Of a stretch of DNA of 64,000 nt, positions 1 through 13,330 are shown piece after piece; position 1 is the first letter of the stretch, and each line of letters opens with the position of its first letter. Location: assembly GCA_023231475.1 (NCBI GenBank), contig JALJEE010002868.1:1-64000 (forward strand). Reading direction: 5' to 3'. Made by a program: the position numbers and the translations under genes. The notes beneath the pieces were generated by a model. That model was not told where the DNA came from, ran no database searches, and saw only the letters and a program-made list of their open reading frames with translations. The DNA comes from Seison nebaliae (taxonomy: Eukaryota).

Positions 1-2583
1 TTAATGGAGAGACTAGAAACTCTTGGTAAAGAGCATACTATCGGGTTGAATCGAATAGCGGAAATTAACGACAAATTACAAAACATATTCAATGCGGTCA
101 ATGGAATGAAAGACGAAATAACCGGATTAAAAATACAATTAAGAAATAACGAATGCGAACAAAGAGCGCTTGGTGTTATGGTAAACGACTTGAATGCCGG
201 AGTGCCTTTCACAATCTAACACTATCGAAAACGAAAATGAAGTTAAGATGGTTGTCAATAAATCTCCGTTCACAAGAGTAGAAAATCATCCAGCTCAATC
301 GTTTGTTGAAGTGTTAAAGAACCGCCCTTCGAAATCCGGAAACGAAACTAATGTGAAAAGAGGAACTAAGAAACCTCTGTGCACTGGAACTAATATAAAC
401 TCTTCGCTATCTGCTGTCACTCGGGAAAAAGAAACCAGTCCTTCGTTCAATTAAGGCTTCGAACTTCGCCTCCTCGACTACTATCGAAATGTTTCAGGAA
501 TATCTCGGAAATTGTAAACTACCATACCATAAAGTATGGAGATTGAAGCATAAGAAGTATGACGACTCCAATTCAGTAGCTCGCACGTTCATCATTAGGT
601 TCGACATCGAAGATAAAAATAAATTTATCAACCACCCTATATGGCCGGAAGGCACATGTGTCACCGACTTCTTCTTCTCCGCGTCAACAAATCAATTCCT
701 GCCAGAAAGATGTGTTGAAAGTACGAAAAGAAATCTCGGTGATGTATCGATAGTTCAGTCGATAGAGACTTCGTCATCAAACCAAACATCCATCACACTT
801 TCGAATGGGAAGAATGATTGACACTTTTCCGATCTACCCGATCGGACCACTTCAATTCATCCCAACAACTCTGGAGCACACCCTTCATGATGATCCACTT
901 TCTATTCTCGCACATTTTTCTTCCACAACGATTTCTCAACACAATTTCTCAGGTCCTCCTATTCCGAATTTCTCCTCCATTTATCATCTCAAAATTCGGG
1001 CGGCTGTTTCTCTTAGAAAGTTTTGTATCGATCCCTCTCCGTCTAACTCCATTTCTGTTCTTGAACATCGAAAAAATTTTCGCAGGGCCGTACGGAAGTG
1101 TCTCAGGTCAAAATTCGAGGCAAAACTCAAAAGATCATTTCTTACTTCAGGCGTTCACAGTATCTGGAAATTGGTGACAGATAAGGCTTCGGAATAATGG
1201 CTCCAATATTTCAGTCGAAGATTTTGCGATCTATTTCAAGTCTTACATGTACGACGAAGCGATCGTTCCGTTCGATCTCCCTTCCATTATTGAGTGAAAT
1301 TTCAATTTCAATTTTTTCTCTTCTCAAGACATGTATGATCAATCACTGCACTCGACGGTTCGAAAGCTCATGGTCTCGACGATATCTGCATCAAACTAGT
1401 ACAACACGCCCTACCTTCTCTCATCACGATTCTTACCAACTACATTAACGTGGCGATGTTAGAGGATTGTTTTTCCCCCTCCTCTTTCCTCTTCAAGGTG
1501 ATTCCGATTCTGAAAAAACCGAACTTAGATTCTTCTTCTTTAAATTCGTATCGTCCGATATGCATTTCTTCTTTTGTGTTAAAAGTAGTTGAGAATCTCA
1601 TTCTATTCCGCTATCGCAACATTCTTTTCTCTTCATCGTATCAATTCGCCTACCGTTCTTCATGTCGTGGCACTTATCCTCTACTTTTTCTCCTTCGCTC
1701 AGCCATCTCATGTGCAAAGGAACAGAACATGTTCTCTACATGTTCTTCTTCTCGACGCTTCTAAAGCTTTCGACTCTATTGACGTGTCTTTCGCGTTAGA
1801 TCACTTGTGTCGTGCGAACGTCGAGACTCCTATTCTCATATTTCTTTTTCATCTTTTTTACGAATCTACTGGACGTGTCGTTATTGACAATCAACTCACC
1901 GAGATTTTCCCAATCAATTCTGGTGTACGTCAAGGTACTATTCTCGATGCCTGGCTCTTCCGACTAGTTATCGACGACGTTCTCCGCGATTTGAACGATT
2001 CATATAACGTCCATATTGGGAACAATACGTTCTTCTACGGCATTCTTCTCTTTCCCTCCAAGAACTAAATTCATTCCTCTATGATTACGTTTGCAGATTT
2101 TTAAAAGTTTAGTTTTACCTCTTTACTCTCTGGAAACGATTTTTTCTTTTACCGAACGTTCTTTTTTGTCCATTGACCGCGCATATAATCGGTTGATAAG
2201 GAGACTAGTTTGCTGTTTTCACAGATGCTATCGTTATCTAGTTTGCTCCTTCCGCTACCTATTCTCTTCTCTCGTCGAGTCTTTACACTTATTGACAAGA
2301 TCAATGAATCGAACTTCAATATTTCACAAATTCCGAACAGAGACATCCTAAATAATCGTTCGGTTTTTTCGCATACCGTTCGTTATTACGGGTTATCGCG
2401 TGAAATTCAAATTAAGGATTTAAGAGATTTTACTTTTTCCTATGATCCCGCAATTTCTATGTCTATTGATATGGATTCTCTCGCTGAATTACACCGATTA
2501 ATCAATATCGGCGATGATCAAACTTTTTTTTCACTTTTTTCTAATTTATCCCGACGGGAATTTAATTAATAAATAATAATAAT
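1..2583 (+). mobile_element. Degenerate non-LTR retrotransposon (LINE): broken ORF1 plus frameshifted RT ORF2, truncated by the window edge
   Basis: ORF1 fragments at 4-821: coiled coil, then 'HPIWPEGTCVTDFF', like a LINE ORF1 C-terminus. ORF2 fragments at 805-2569 carry LINE RT motifs: 'KVIPILKK..SYRPIC', 'QFAYR', 'LLDASKAFDSID', 'GVRQG'. There are multiple stops and frameshifts. A (TAA)n-like tail lies at about 2564-2583. Confidence 0.9.
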
Positions 2584-3147
2584 TACTTCCTGGCGACACT
2601 GCATACGAGATGGACAGGAACTATCCAATTTGGTTATGAAACATTCTGAATCATAATCATTGCCATTCCTTATAGTATTAATAGTTTGTTGGCGAAGATT
2701 AATTTTGAAAAATTATGCCAATTTCATTCATTCTTCCTAAAATATCATTCCTTTAATATGAGTTCCCCATCTTATCATTAGTTCTTATTCATCTTTCAAG
2801 ACATAAACTCCCCGAATGATTTCCTTCCACTCTTGACAGAAGATTTTCTTACTAATAATTCGTCCATCATTCGGAAACATTTAAACTTTTCAATTGTTTC
2901 TTAATTTTTTCCAATAATTCAGATTAATTTTAAATTCTTGCCAAATTTAATCTGTTTATGTTGTGGAATGTATGTGATTAAAATCCAATTTAACCTGTAA
3001 TTCTAATAATTGTCACATGTGTGTGATGATTTTGAAGGAGAAGTTAAAGACGATCGACTATTTCAATTAAGCAGCGTTAGATATAAATGAATAATAAAAT
3101 TAATCAATTATAAAGGTGTTCCATTGTAAGTTGGCATTAAATGTAAG

Positions 3148-5793
3148 ATGCATCTTGATATTAAAGATCCGTTGTTACTCATTGAATCTTTTTACGATTC
3201 ATATGAGAAGTTGATGAATTTTTACAACGAAGAGATTTCTCCAAGAATTCATGACGAGAATGATGAACGAAATGTTTGGAAGAGATTCGAGCGGAAGATC
3301 TCTCCAATTTCATCTGCCTTTTGTGGTGATGGGCATGATGTGTCGATTGGTGCCACAATCTCCATCGATTGTGCGATGATCAGTGAAATGAATTGGGATC
3401 AATTGACACAGAATATTGGCGAGTTCTCACTTCGTTTCAAACAGATTTCCATACAACGTTTCCAATTACAACAAAAATTGAAAGGAAAACCAGTGAAATG
3501 TTCGTCGAAAGATTTCGAGGAAATTTTCGATTATCTTCAACTTAAATGTCCATTGATCAATTCGTCCGAACGGAATTCAATTGAAACCGAAAAAATCTTT
3601 CAAATCGTACAACAAATGAAGGAGGAGATGATGGAGAAGAAATGGGAAGATATTCGACAATTTCTTTTCAAACACATTTCCAACTACATTTCAATGAACC
3701 AAATTCCATCCGATGATTTGGAATTGACAATTTGGAATAATTTAATGAAATTGAGAAATGTCAAATTTCTCCAATTCTTCTTCAAACACTTCCCCATTTC
3801 AAGTTACTTCCAATTCCAATATTCGGTTGCCCCTCAAATACTGGAATTGATCATGAGATTGGAAAATGAGGAAATTGTCGATTGTCTTTTCCACAATTTC
3901 TTTCTGGACAGACGAATCGAAAATTTGAAAGATAAAAATTTCTTCAAACAAATTTTCTTCTCATCAATTCCTCTTCTCAATTCCATCAATTTTCCATACG
4001 TCTCCAACGAGTTTCATAAGATTAACAAATTCGATCCATCTTTATTTACTTCAATTATTGACAATGAATTATTTCTTCAATTTCTTATGAAATCTACAAT
4101 AATTTCTTTCCAATTTTCCTTTATGATTCTCACTTTGAGAAAATGGGAAAAATTAAATTGGGAAAGTGAAAAAATAATTTTCGAAAATTTCTTCGATAAA
4201 TCCATCAGTTCGATAAATGTAGATGAGTTGGAAGGAAAGGAAAGATGGTTCTTCGTCAAATTCTCTATGGAACTTTTCTTGTCGATTGGAAATAATTTCG
4301 ATTTTTATCAGAAATTCTTCGCCGAATTATTCGTGAAATGTTTATTTGACGATCGATATTTCTTGGAGAAGATCACTTGTCAACAAATGAATGAAAAGAA
4401 TGGATGGAATGATGAATTTATCACATATCTCCTCCATCAATTATTTCAAAATGAGAATTTGATGAGAAGGAAAAATGAAGAGGAATTTTTCGAATTTCTC
4501 CAAATCTTCCATGAAAATTTGAGATCAATCCAATTCTCTTCTACAGAAAAATATTTATATTTGTCTTTGGAAAAAGGAAAACGTTCACAGATCATTCAAT
4601 TGGAATTATTCGATTTTATCGATTTCACAAAAATCACTTCGGAAAAATTATGGGAAATTTTGAAAAAATTTCATGGACAAATGAAAGAATGGAAACGAGG
4701 GACAACTTTCTACTCATATTTCCTGGATCGATTCCAACGATTATTTATAAGATTTGTTAACGATTTCCTCTTCCAATTAACAATATCATCAACGGAAAAT
4801 GGAATTTTATGTGAAATCTTTTCTCTTCATCTTTCGTTGAAAAACGAGAAATTTTCTATTGAACAATTTGAACATTTCCTTCAATCATTTCGTCCCATCG
4901 ATGAGACTCATCTCATTCGATTAATTTATGATTTGATTGTGGTGGAAGTTCATGAGAAATATTGTGGAAAAATGTGTGAATTGAAGAAGGAAAATATATG
5001 GAATCTCATCGATCTATTGGTAAATGTGGATAATGTTAATAAAGAAATCATTTTCGAATTGATCAACATTCTCTTAAAACGATCATCTGACGGTTTAATT
5101 TTGAGGAGAATATCGAAAATAATTTCGAATTTATTTGACAACATTCACGAAATGAATCATTATTATCATTCCTATTTGACGATGATAAGATTGATTGATT
5201 TCTCTCCAATTCCATTAACATTTAAATTTGACGACATCACATTTCAGTATTTGTATGCAACAACCATCGTGATGGAAATGAAGAAGACACATCCGATTCT
5301 GTTCGAAATGATCTTTGGAATGAAGTGTGAGAAAAAGGAATTAGAAATGGAAGTTTCGTGGGAAAAGTTGTTGAAATGGACACATGAATTAATTTTGAAT
5401 TCTTTCCAATTATTAAAGAGATTGGAAAATTCTTCTTCTTTGTCTATTTTTATTCGATTGCAACTCGTCACTATTTGTCAATTATTCCAAATGAATTTAT
5501 ATCAATTATCGGAACGATTAGAATGGATATCGAATCAATTCGATAATCATCGTCATTCATTTATTGGACAATTTCTTCCCAATAATCCATCAACTCATGA
5601 GAAAATTCTTCGTCATTTCTCTCAATATCATCATGTGTCTCTTTCTCAATTCAATAAGTTGAATAAACAAATGGAATTATTAATTAGAAAAGAGACGAAA
5701 ATTGAAGAAATTAAATTAATTCCAAAAGATTTCCATTATCATCTCAAAGAGAATAAACATTTCGAAATGAAACAATTAAACAAGCAGAAACAT

Positions 5794-5827
<34 letters not shown>

Positions 5828-8800
5828 CAATGATGGTTGGTCGAGAAAAAATTTGTAGGGAAATTCCTCCTCAACTCTTCACCATTTCTAAGAAGAAAAT
5901 CAGTTTATCAACGAGTGAATATGTGAAATTGATGATAGAACGATTCGTAGAACCGACAATAAAATTCCAGAAAAAATATGAAGAAATTTTCGAGATTTTC
6001 CTTCGGAATAAATTCAAACGATTATCATATCAGGAAGGTGTGGTGATTCAATCATTTGAATGTCATCGGAACAATGTCATTTCTAACATCTTCCTAAAAT
6101 GTAAATCGGCGGCGTTAGTGACTTTCCAACCGATATCCGGTCTCAAGATTGAAGAGCGAGAAAACGGAAAACGTGTCGAATTGAACGAGAAATTATGGAA
6201 TCGAATGAAACTGAAAGAGATGGAGATTATGAAGGATTTCCACCAATCCATCCAATACGAATGGGATGTCATTGAATTAGAAACGAGACAAATTAATCCA
6301 AATTCATTTCCAATCCATTTCATCATTCAACTCATTCATGATAAGAGTAAGACATTAAATGAATATCAAACGATTTTCAATCATCTTATGAATTTCTTCT
6401 ATGAAAATCATAAAAATGGAAAATCCATCGAATTTCATATTATTCCAATTCCTCATAATTTTTATGAGAATTTCAAACAATTTGAACAACTTCAATTAAA
6501 TCAACTTCTCTCACTCACTCTCGATGACGAAAAGAGAATTCTTATCAATCTTTTAATTTCTCTCATAACCGACAAACGAAATATTTCCGATCATGTCGAT
6601 TTATTTCCATATCTCGTTCATTTCCTCGACGAATATCGTCGTCTCGGCGACATTGATAATGAACAATCGAAAATTTGTTATTCTCTCATCAATCTCTTCT
6701 CCATCAATTCCGTCATTAAACGAATCATTTCTGTTCAACATTTGAATAAATGTCTCAAATTTCTTATGAGTAACATTTCCTTCAATTCCCCACCAACTCT
6801 CCAACAAATTCAAGAAGATATTTCATTTGAAGCGAATGTGGAAGATGAATATTTATTTGTCGATGCTGAAAATTCTCCAAAATTCTTCACTGTCAAATTT
6901 GTAAAAAATTTGAAAAATTTCATTTATTTCCACATTCTCCATCATCTCCATTCTCTCCTCATTGACGAATGGTCATTGAATGAAAATTTATCGATCAATC
7001 TCAATGATCTCTTTCACATGCGAAATGAGAAGATGGGATGTGTTGAACGAAAATTATTCGATTTATCGATGGATCGAATCGAATTGAAAATTGAGAAATT
7101 TAAGGGATTTTCTTATTCGAATCAATTCCTCCAATTCTTCATCGAACATTTCCACATTCTCCTCCAACATTTATTCGTTGATCGATTTATTCGATTAATT
7201 CACTCTTGTCATTTAGCCAATCTCATAAATCGTATTGAATTAAATGAAACGATAAAAATTAACGAATATTTCATCATTTTCAATCAAGCTCAATCCCATT
7301 TATTTTATCACGAAAAATCTTTTCAATCCACAATCGATTTTCATTGTGATATTTTCCAATTATTCTCATCATCCTCATCAAAAGTAGAAATGGTAACAAT
7401 TCTCGACATTATCCAACACATTTTATTCAATGAACAAATTGAGAATAAAATGGAAATCATTCAAATTTATTTTGAACGTTCTACAAATTTCGATTATTCT
7501 TATAAAATCAATTCGCTTCATCAATTGAAGATTGTCCACGAGAAATTGTTGAAAGAGAATATTAATCAATCTTTATTAATTCAATTTTATCATTTTCTCC
7601 CATTCACTGAGATTTTGGCTGGAGAAAATGAGGAATTACGACAATATCTTTTACGAATTCTTCTCAAACATTGGACGAAATTGGAAATTGGAAATTTATT
7701 TAAAAATGAGAAATTCAATCAAATCATCCATCAACTTTCTTCAACTCAACTTTTCTTATCCCCAATTTTCTTGTACGAATTGGTAGATGAATTAAATTTC
7801 CGTTTCAAGAATTTCCATCAAATCGAAATGTTCTCCAAACACGAAATCTCGTCAATATTCCGTCGATTATATTCCGATAATCTCAAATATCAATTCCGCA
7901 CTCTACAATTGAAATGGTTAAGAGAAATCGAAGAATTCGATCCGAAATTATTCGAATTTAGTCTATGGAATTTATTCGCCGAAATAGAAGAATTTGATGA
8001 TGAGAATTTATTTTCTATCTTTTTCCATAATTTCTGTGCATTCTTCGAGCATTTCCACAATGAACAATCCGTTGATCTCTTATCCAATCGAGATATATTT
8101 GCGAAAGAAAATTTCTGTTTAATCTGTCATCAGAAAGCGGATTGTCAATTGAACATCATTTTCCACATACTCTCCGAATTTATTTCTGACGAGAATTTCG
8201 AAAAACGATTCCATCTTTTCGAGAAATGTCTTGAGCGATTGACTCTTGCCAATTTTTGGAGATCCACCAACAATTTCTTATCATTTGTGAAGTTGTTGAA
8301 TAAATTAATCGATCGATTTCCTGATCGTTTTTATCGGAAACTAATCCTGAAAAATGATATTCTACCGGTTTTGATGGAATTGATACGGAGTCATTGGTCA
8401 CATCTCTTACCTTTTATTCGATACATCGCTAAATATGGAGAAGAATTTCAATCATCCAAACGGATGGAAATGTTCATTGAACGACTTCCACATCTCTTTC
8501 TCAAGGAGACTTCGTGTCAAATCATTTTTGAAATTATCTTCAATATTCATTCGTCGACATCATCCATTTTCTTATCTCTCATCGATCACATCCCAATCAG
8601 TTCACAATTCCATGATTATATGAATTGCAAATGTTCATTGAAATATCGATTATTCAATCGTTTCATTTCGTTTTGTGTTGAGAACGAAGAGGAAATTGAA
8701 TTAACATCTTTCATTTTTCGCATATTATCATCGAATGATCGATCTATCCTCCAGAACAATTCCTTCCACATCAAATTAGACAACAATTGCCAAATCGATT

Positions 8801-8922
8801 GGCAACAACTACAGATGATCTTGAGAGAAATGAATGATTTACAAATAAATTTATTGTCTCTCACGGTCAATTGTCGAATATGGTACTTCTTCCATAAACT
8901 TCACGAATTGGCTGGAATATAA
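3148..8922 (+). CDS. Large single-ORF hypothetical protein (1924 aa), probably all-helical
   Basis: Uninterrupted 5.8 kb ORF in AT-rich DNA. F/I/L/E/K-rich amphipathic composition with a poly-P/poly-T linker near 5795-5830. No family recognised. Confidence 0.8.
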
Positions 8923-9169
8923 TCGTATTCAGCATTCAACTCAACATTTTCACAGAACTCTTTTCTTTTACGATTCAATATAAATTTTATTTTTTTTATT
9001 TCCCATAAATAATTCATCATCTATGATTGATATGATAATTAATAAAATAGAAATTATGATAATAATTATGTTGGATTACATCAACAAGATTCTTCTTAAC
9101 CAAATCGAATGTTCATTATTCTCCACATATCTTTTGGTTTCAGTTCCGAAATCTGGTAAGAAAGATTAT

Positions 9170-9425
9170 AATTAAGCCGAATCCTTTCGTCCTATTTTTA
9201 TATGAAATGAAGTGATAAAAATAATAGAAAAGATCATCCGAAACAGATACTCATCTATTCTCTATGCTGCTTCCCTACAATTCGCTTATAGGGAGAAAAC
9301 CAGAAGAACGCTTCCATTAATATTACATCTTCGGGTGTTAATCGCCTAATGTAGTTCGTTGAATGTTAAATTTATCGTGTGTTTTATCGATGCGTCAAAG
9401 GCGTTTGATTCAATGGATAGGGATA
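9170..9425 (+). mobile_element. LINE RT fragment (pseudogene), same family as 1-2583
   Basis: Reads 'FRPIFI*NEVIKIIEKIIRNRYSSILYAASLQFAYREKTRRTLPL...*...CFIDASKAFDSMD'. This is colinear with 'YRPICISSFVLKVVENLILFRYRNILFSSSYQFAYRSSCRGTYPL..LLDASKAFDSID' in the first copy. In-frame stops are present. Confidence 0.85.
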
Positions 9426-10309
9426 TAAATTCAAAATTGCCCAAACTTGGATTCATCCTAAATAATAGAAAAAAAAATATATATCTTTTTCACTTCAAAT
9501 CTCTTATCTTCCATATTTTCACGGGCTCACTTTCACTTGGGGAGAACATTTTTCAAAAGTTTACTAAAAAAAGGAAAATCACAAATGTTCGACTTCGTAA
9601 AATTAGAATCATTTATTTTTTTTCCGATGATATTAATTACTTTATTTGATTAATTAAATATCGGAGAATTGGTGGAATTCATATCAAACTGATCGATTGA
9701 TTGAATTACACATTTGTCATGCTATGAGATTAATTTTTCGATTACGTCATTAATCAAATTAAATAGTATAAGATATTGAAAAAATAAATAATTGTATAAA
9801 TAATTAATAATTATGTTAATTGATTAATTGGATGAGTGGTTTGTCTGAAAGTCGCCTTAACTTGAAAGTTAATCAAAACGAAAGTGAATTCTAGGGAAAA
9901 TATTCAATTTCTTATTCTTTCTCTTTAACTAATAAGGAGGGCTCTCCATTTTGGTAAAATTTACAAAAATAAATGAATTGGTCTTTGAAAAGGTTTTGAG
10001 TTGAAAAAAACGATAATCTGTTGAATTTTAGAGAGAATTTTTTGTGGAAAATGAAAAGCACTACCAATTTTTGGATTGATTTTAAGAATAAAAATTTTCT
10101 CGAAAACAATTTGAAGTAATTTCCCGTTTTTTTTTAAAATAACTTTTTAAAATACTAAATTGAAAATGAACGAATGAATGAATGAAATGAGAGAGAAGAA
10201 GAATTTTCATAAACTTTTTATTAAACGAAATTTCATTATTCCAAATGAGAAATTGAGATATGGCGAATTGGAATAATGAGAATAAATAGAAATAAATAAT
10301 AAAGTAGAG

Positions 10310-10975
10310 TTATAGATACCAGACGGTACAATCATCATTTAACAATTTCGCCAATTTCTTCGGTCTATTATAATTTTGTCGATTCTCCTTCTTCACTCGT
10401 TTCAACAGAGAACGAACACTATTATTCTTTTTGATTTGTGGTTTCGTCGACGGTTTCTTCATATCGATTCCTTCCAGAATCAATCGCATTTTCTGACCGA
10501 TTCTCTTTATTCGTTCAACATCATCATTTGACTCTTTGGATTCTAAAGAGACATCGTATAATCCTTCATCGGATGAGAATAGAGGACGTAAATTATCCTT
10601 CGCTTTCGGTGTACTACTTCCAGAAATTTCGTCGAAATTCATTGTAGTTTGTGGAGATCGATTTGTTTTCGGAGTTGATGTCAATGGAAGATGGACGACG
10701 TTGTATTGGGAATTGGAAGATTGTTCGCTGTCTGAGAAGGAACTTCTCGTCCACAAATGACATTGACAATGACAACATTCCATACAATCATCGTTGGATG
10801 AATCGATTTGTGGAATGATGACGAAATTTTCATAAATGTTCCTCTCCATCACATTTTCACGTTCGGGAATTTGGGATAATCGAGAGGATTTTTTTGATTG
10901 TCTCTTGGAGATGGATCGTTTCCGTTTCATGGATGAAATGGAGAATCCTCGTTTCAAATATTTTCTCAATTGCAT
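10310..10975 (-). CDS. Hypothetical Ser/Lys-rich protein (at least 221 aa); the frame stays open upstream to a possible acceptor near 11072
   Basis: 666 nt ORF with a coding-like composition and basic clusters. No family recognised. Confidence 0.6.
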   Translation of the reverse strand: MQLRKYLKRGFSISSMKRKRSISKRQSKKSSRLSQIPERENVMERNIYENFVIIPQIDSSNDDCMECCHCQCHLWTRSSFSDSEQSSNSQYNVVHLPLTSTPKTNRSPQTTMNFDEISGSSTPKAKDNLRPLFSSDEGLYDVSLESKESNDDVERIKRIGQKMRLILEGIDMKKPSTKPQIKKNNSVRSLLKRVKKENRQNYNRPKKLAKLLNDDCTVWYL

Positions 10976-13330
10976 ATTTTCGTCAAATTCGATTCTTGTA
11001 CTTTCGAAAGGTGGCAGTCGAGTACTTTCAAGGAAATTACTTCGATAACGAATAGGATTTTTCTGATTATTCTACAAAAGTGAAAAAGAAAGAAATTATG
11101 AGAATGTTTAATAGTTGACGATTTGAAGTCGTTTCGATTTTATTGATAAGAAACGGATTGGAGATATGGTCGTGAAAAAATCATTAAGCAAATTATGAAT
11201 TCTAATTAACATGAATATTTCTCGTCACATTTATCAATTAACATAACCATCGAACTACTTAAGATGGATTGGTATAGATAGATAGATAGATAAAAGATTC
11301 CGATTGAAGAGAATGTTCAATTTACAATTACATAAGTCCGAACGAAATGAGTGGAAAAATATTACGAAATTTATGGAAATGAATAATTCGGTGACTAGTT
11401 TGTTCATTAGATATGAAGGGAGAGACTTCCAATATTTATATCGGTGGTCATATCAATGTTGACTGTGAACATTCTCAGACATTCAGTCACACGTCCTCCG
11501 ATCAACTTCTATCCCACTAATTTTATCAAGAACACCAAATTTAGACAGGAGAAAATTTCACGAATTAAAAACAAATAGATGGAATTGACGAAGGATAGTG
11601 AAATTTTCATCGTTTTTATTCAGTCAACCCCGAGTTGGGAGTTGATGGTGGAATGATGACTTAAAAATTATCGGTGGAATTGAAAGCGTCTGTTCTCTAC
11701 AGGTGGACGCAGGTCAATTGGGAAATGAGTTTCTCATCCTCAATTCAAAGTCAACAAAAAGACGAGTTGGATTGATTAGGGGAAAGATGTTGAATTAACG
11801 ACCAAAATTAAAACTGAGCTCAACCGACTGAGTTCAAATCGCAATCGAAATTAGTTGACAGTAGGAAAGATTGGTTGAAATAAAGTCATTCGTCTTCCAA
11901 TTATGATGAAGAATAACCTGATAAGAAGATGATAGTATTGTCGATTTACTGCTCCGAATACCTTTCATTGTGATGGTCGTTCGTGAAGATAATTTGTTGC
12001 TTCTTATTTACTGATTGAGTTTGGGATATGGTTTGATGAGAGTTGATGAAATAATAAGACACAAATGGAGTATCTTTATATGTTTAGTATGTTTAAAATT
12101 GATATCTGGGAGAAATGTAGTTGTTAATGGAAGATGATAAAAATGAAATGGATTGATAAATGTGATTTATTTGAAAGAATGAAAGGAGACTGATAATACA
12201 TATGTTCGTATGCTTATATAAATAACAGATGACGACGGTGCTTAATGGTTCCGATTGGGTGGAAGCACGGCCGCTAAAAAGTTAGAAGATGCAGACATAG
12301 TAATTTTATTGTCTAACGAACATATTCGTTCTGATATAAACAAATAGAAAGATTAGAATAGATCAATGGCATGACGCCGACTCGATGGAGGAAAGATAAT
12401 TGGCGTATTTATTGTCTTTATTCATTTCAGGTGAATCGGACGCCCTTCCGTCACAATTAGCATGAGAATGAATTCGTCCATTGGAAGAGGCATTGTCGTC
12501 TGTTTATTATTGTGATTCATTAACAATGCATTCGATTAACAACAATCAAAAGCGACGACAAAATGATGACGACAAGCTAGGCGACGTATGTTAATGGAGT
12601 GATCGTGGTTTTCTTCACATTCTTTCGGACGGGACGATTGAAATTACAAAAGAAACAAACATTTCCCATTTCAACCTATGTGTCAATATCTTATGAATGA
12701 AGAGCGAGTGAGAAACATGAGAAAAGAACATTAGGAAGTGTGAATCGATCTTATGCTTATCACGAAATTGTATAGACGATGCATTCGGGAGAGAGCGTCT
12801 ATCGCAATGATAATAAACGTCTCTAATGAAATTATGGAACATGTTTATCTTTTTTCAATCATTCAGTTTTAGTTAGTTCAACAAATCGAGTTATCTAAAA
12901 CTGGATATCTCTAGAGAATGATTCGGCAAACAAATATCATTTTCTTCCAATTCTCTCAATTCACATAATCGAATGAAAGTTTAGTTTTTGAAGTAGCGTT
13001 CTTTATGAATTTGTCATAAACAGTCGGCGTCAATGATGTCCATTGGACCATACGGAACAACAGTTTCCGACAAATCCATCTATCCTAAAGAAGCCATTTA
13101 GCAGTTGAACAGTTTGCTTTCCTCTAATTATTCTTCTTCTTCGTCCCACACAAAAGACTAGTCTCGTTAACACATTTAACTTTTCCATTTGTTCGCCAAC
13201 CATTTCTAGTTCGCACAATCTCCACGATAATTCTCGCTTCATTCTCATGAACATGATGATTAGGAAGTTCCAATTAAGAGTTTGGAGTTAATCATCTGAT
13301 CTGACTAACATCGACACCATTCATCATCGA

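Noticed and set aside
1..2583. Penelope/Athena-type endonuclease-less element, retron or DGR reverse transcriptase
   Set aside because: The motifs (YRPI, QFAYR, DxSKAFD, GVRQG) and the ORF1 are LINE-type.
4077..8870. Short antisense ORFs inside the 1924 aa gene, and similar shadow ORFs in other genes
   Set aside because: Expected by-products of codon bias. No motifs.
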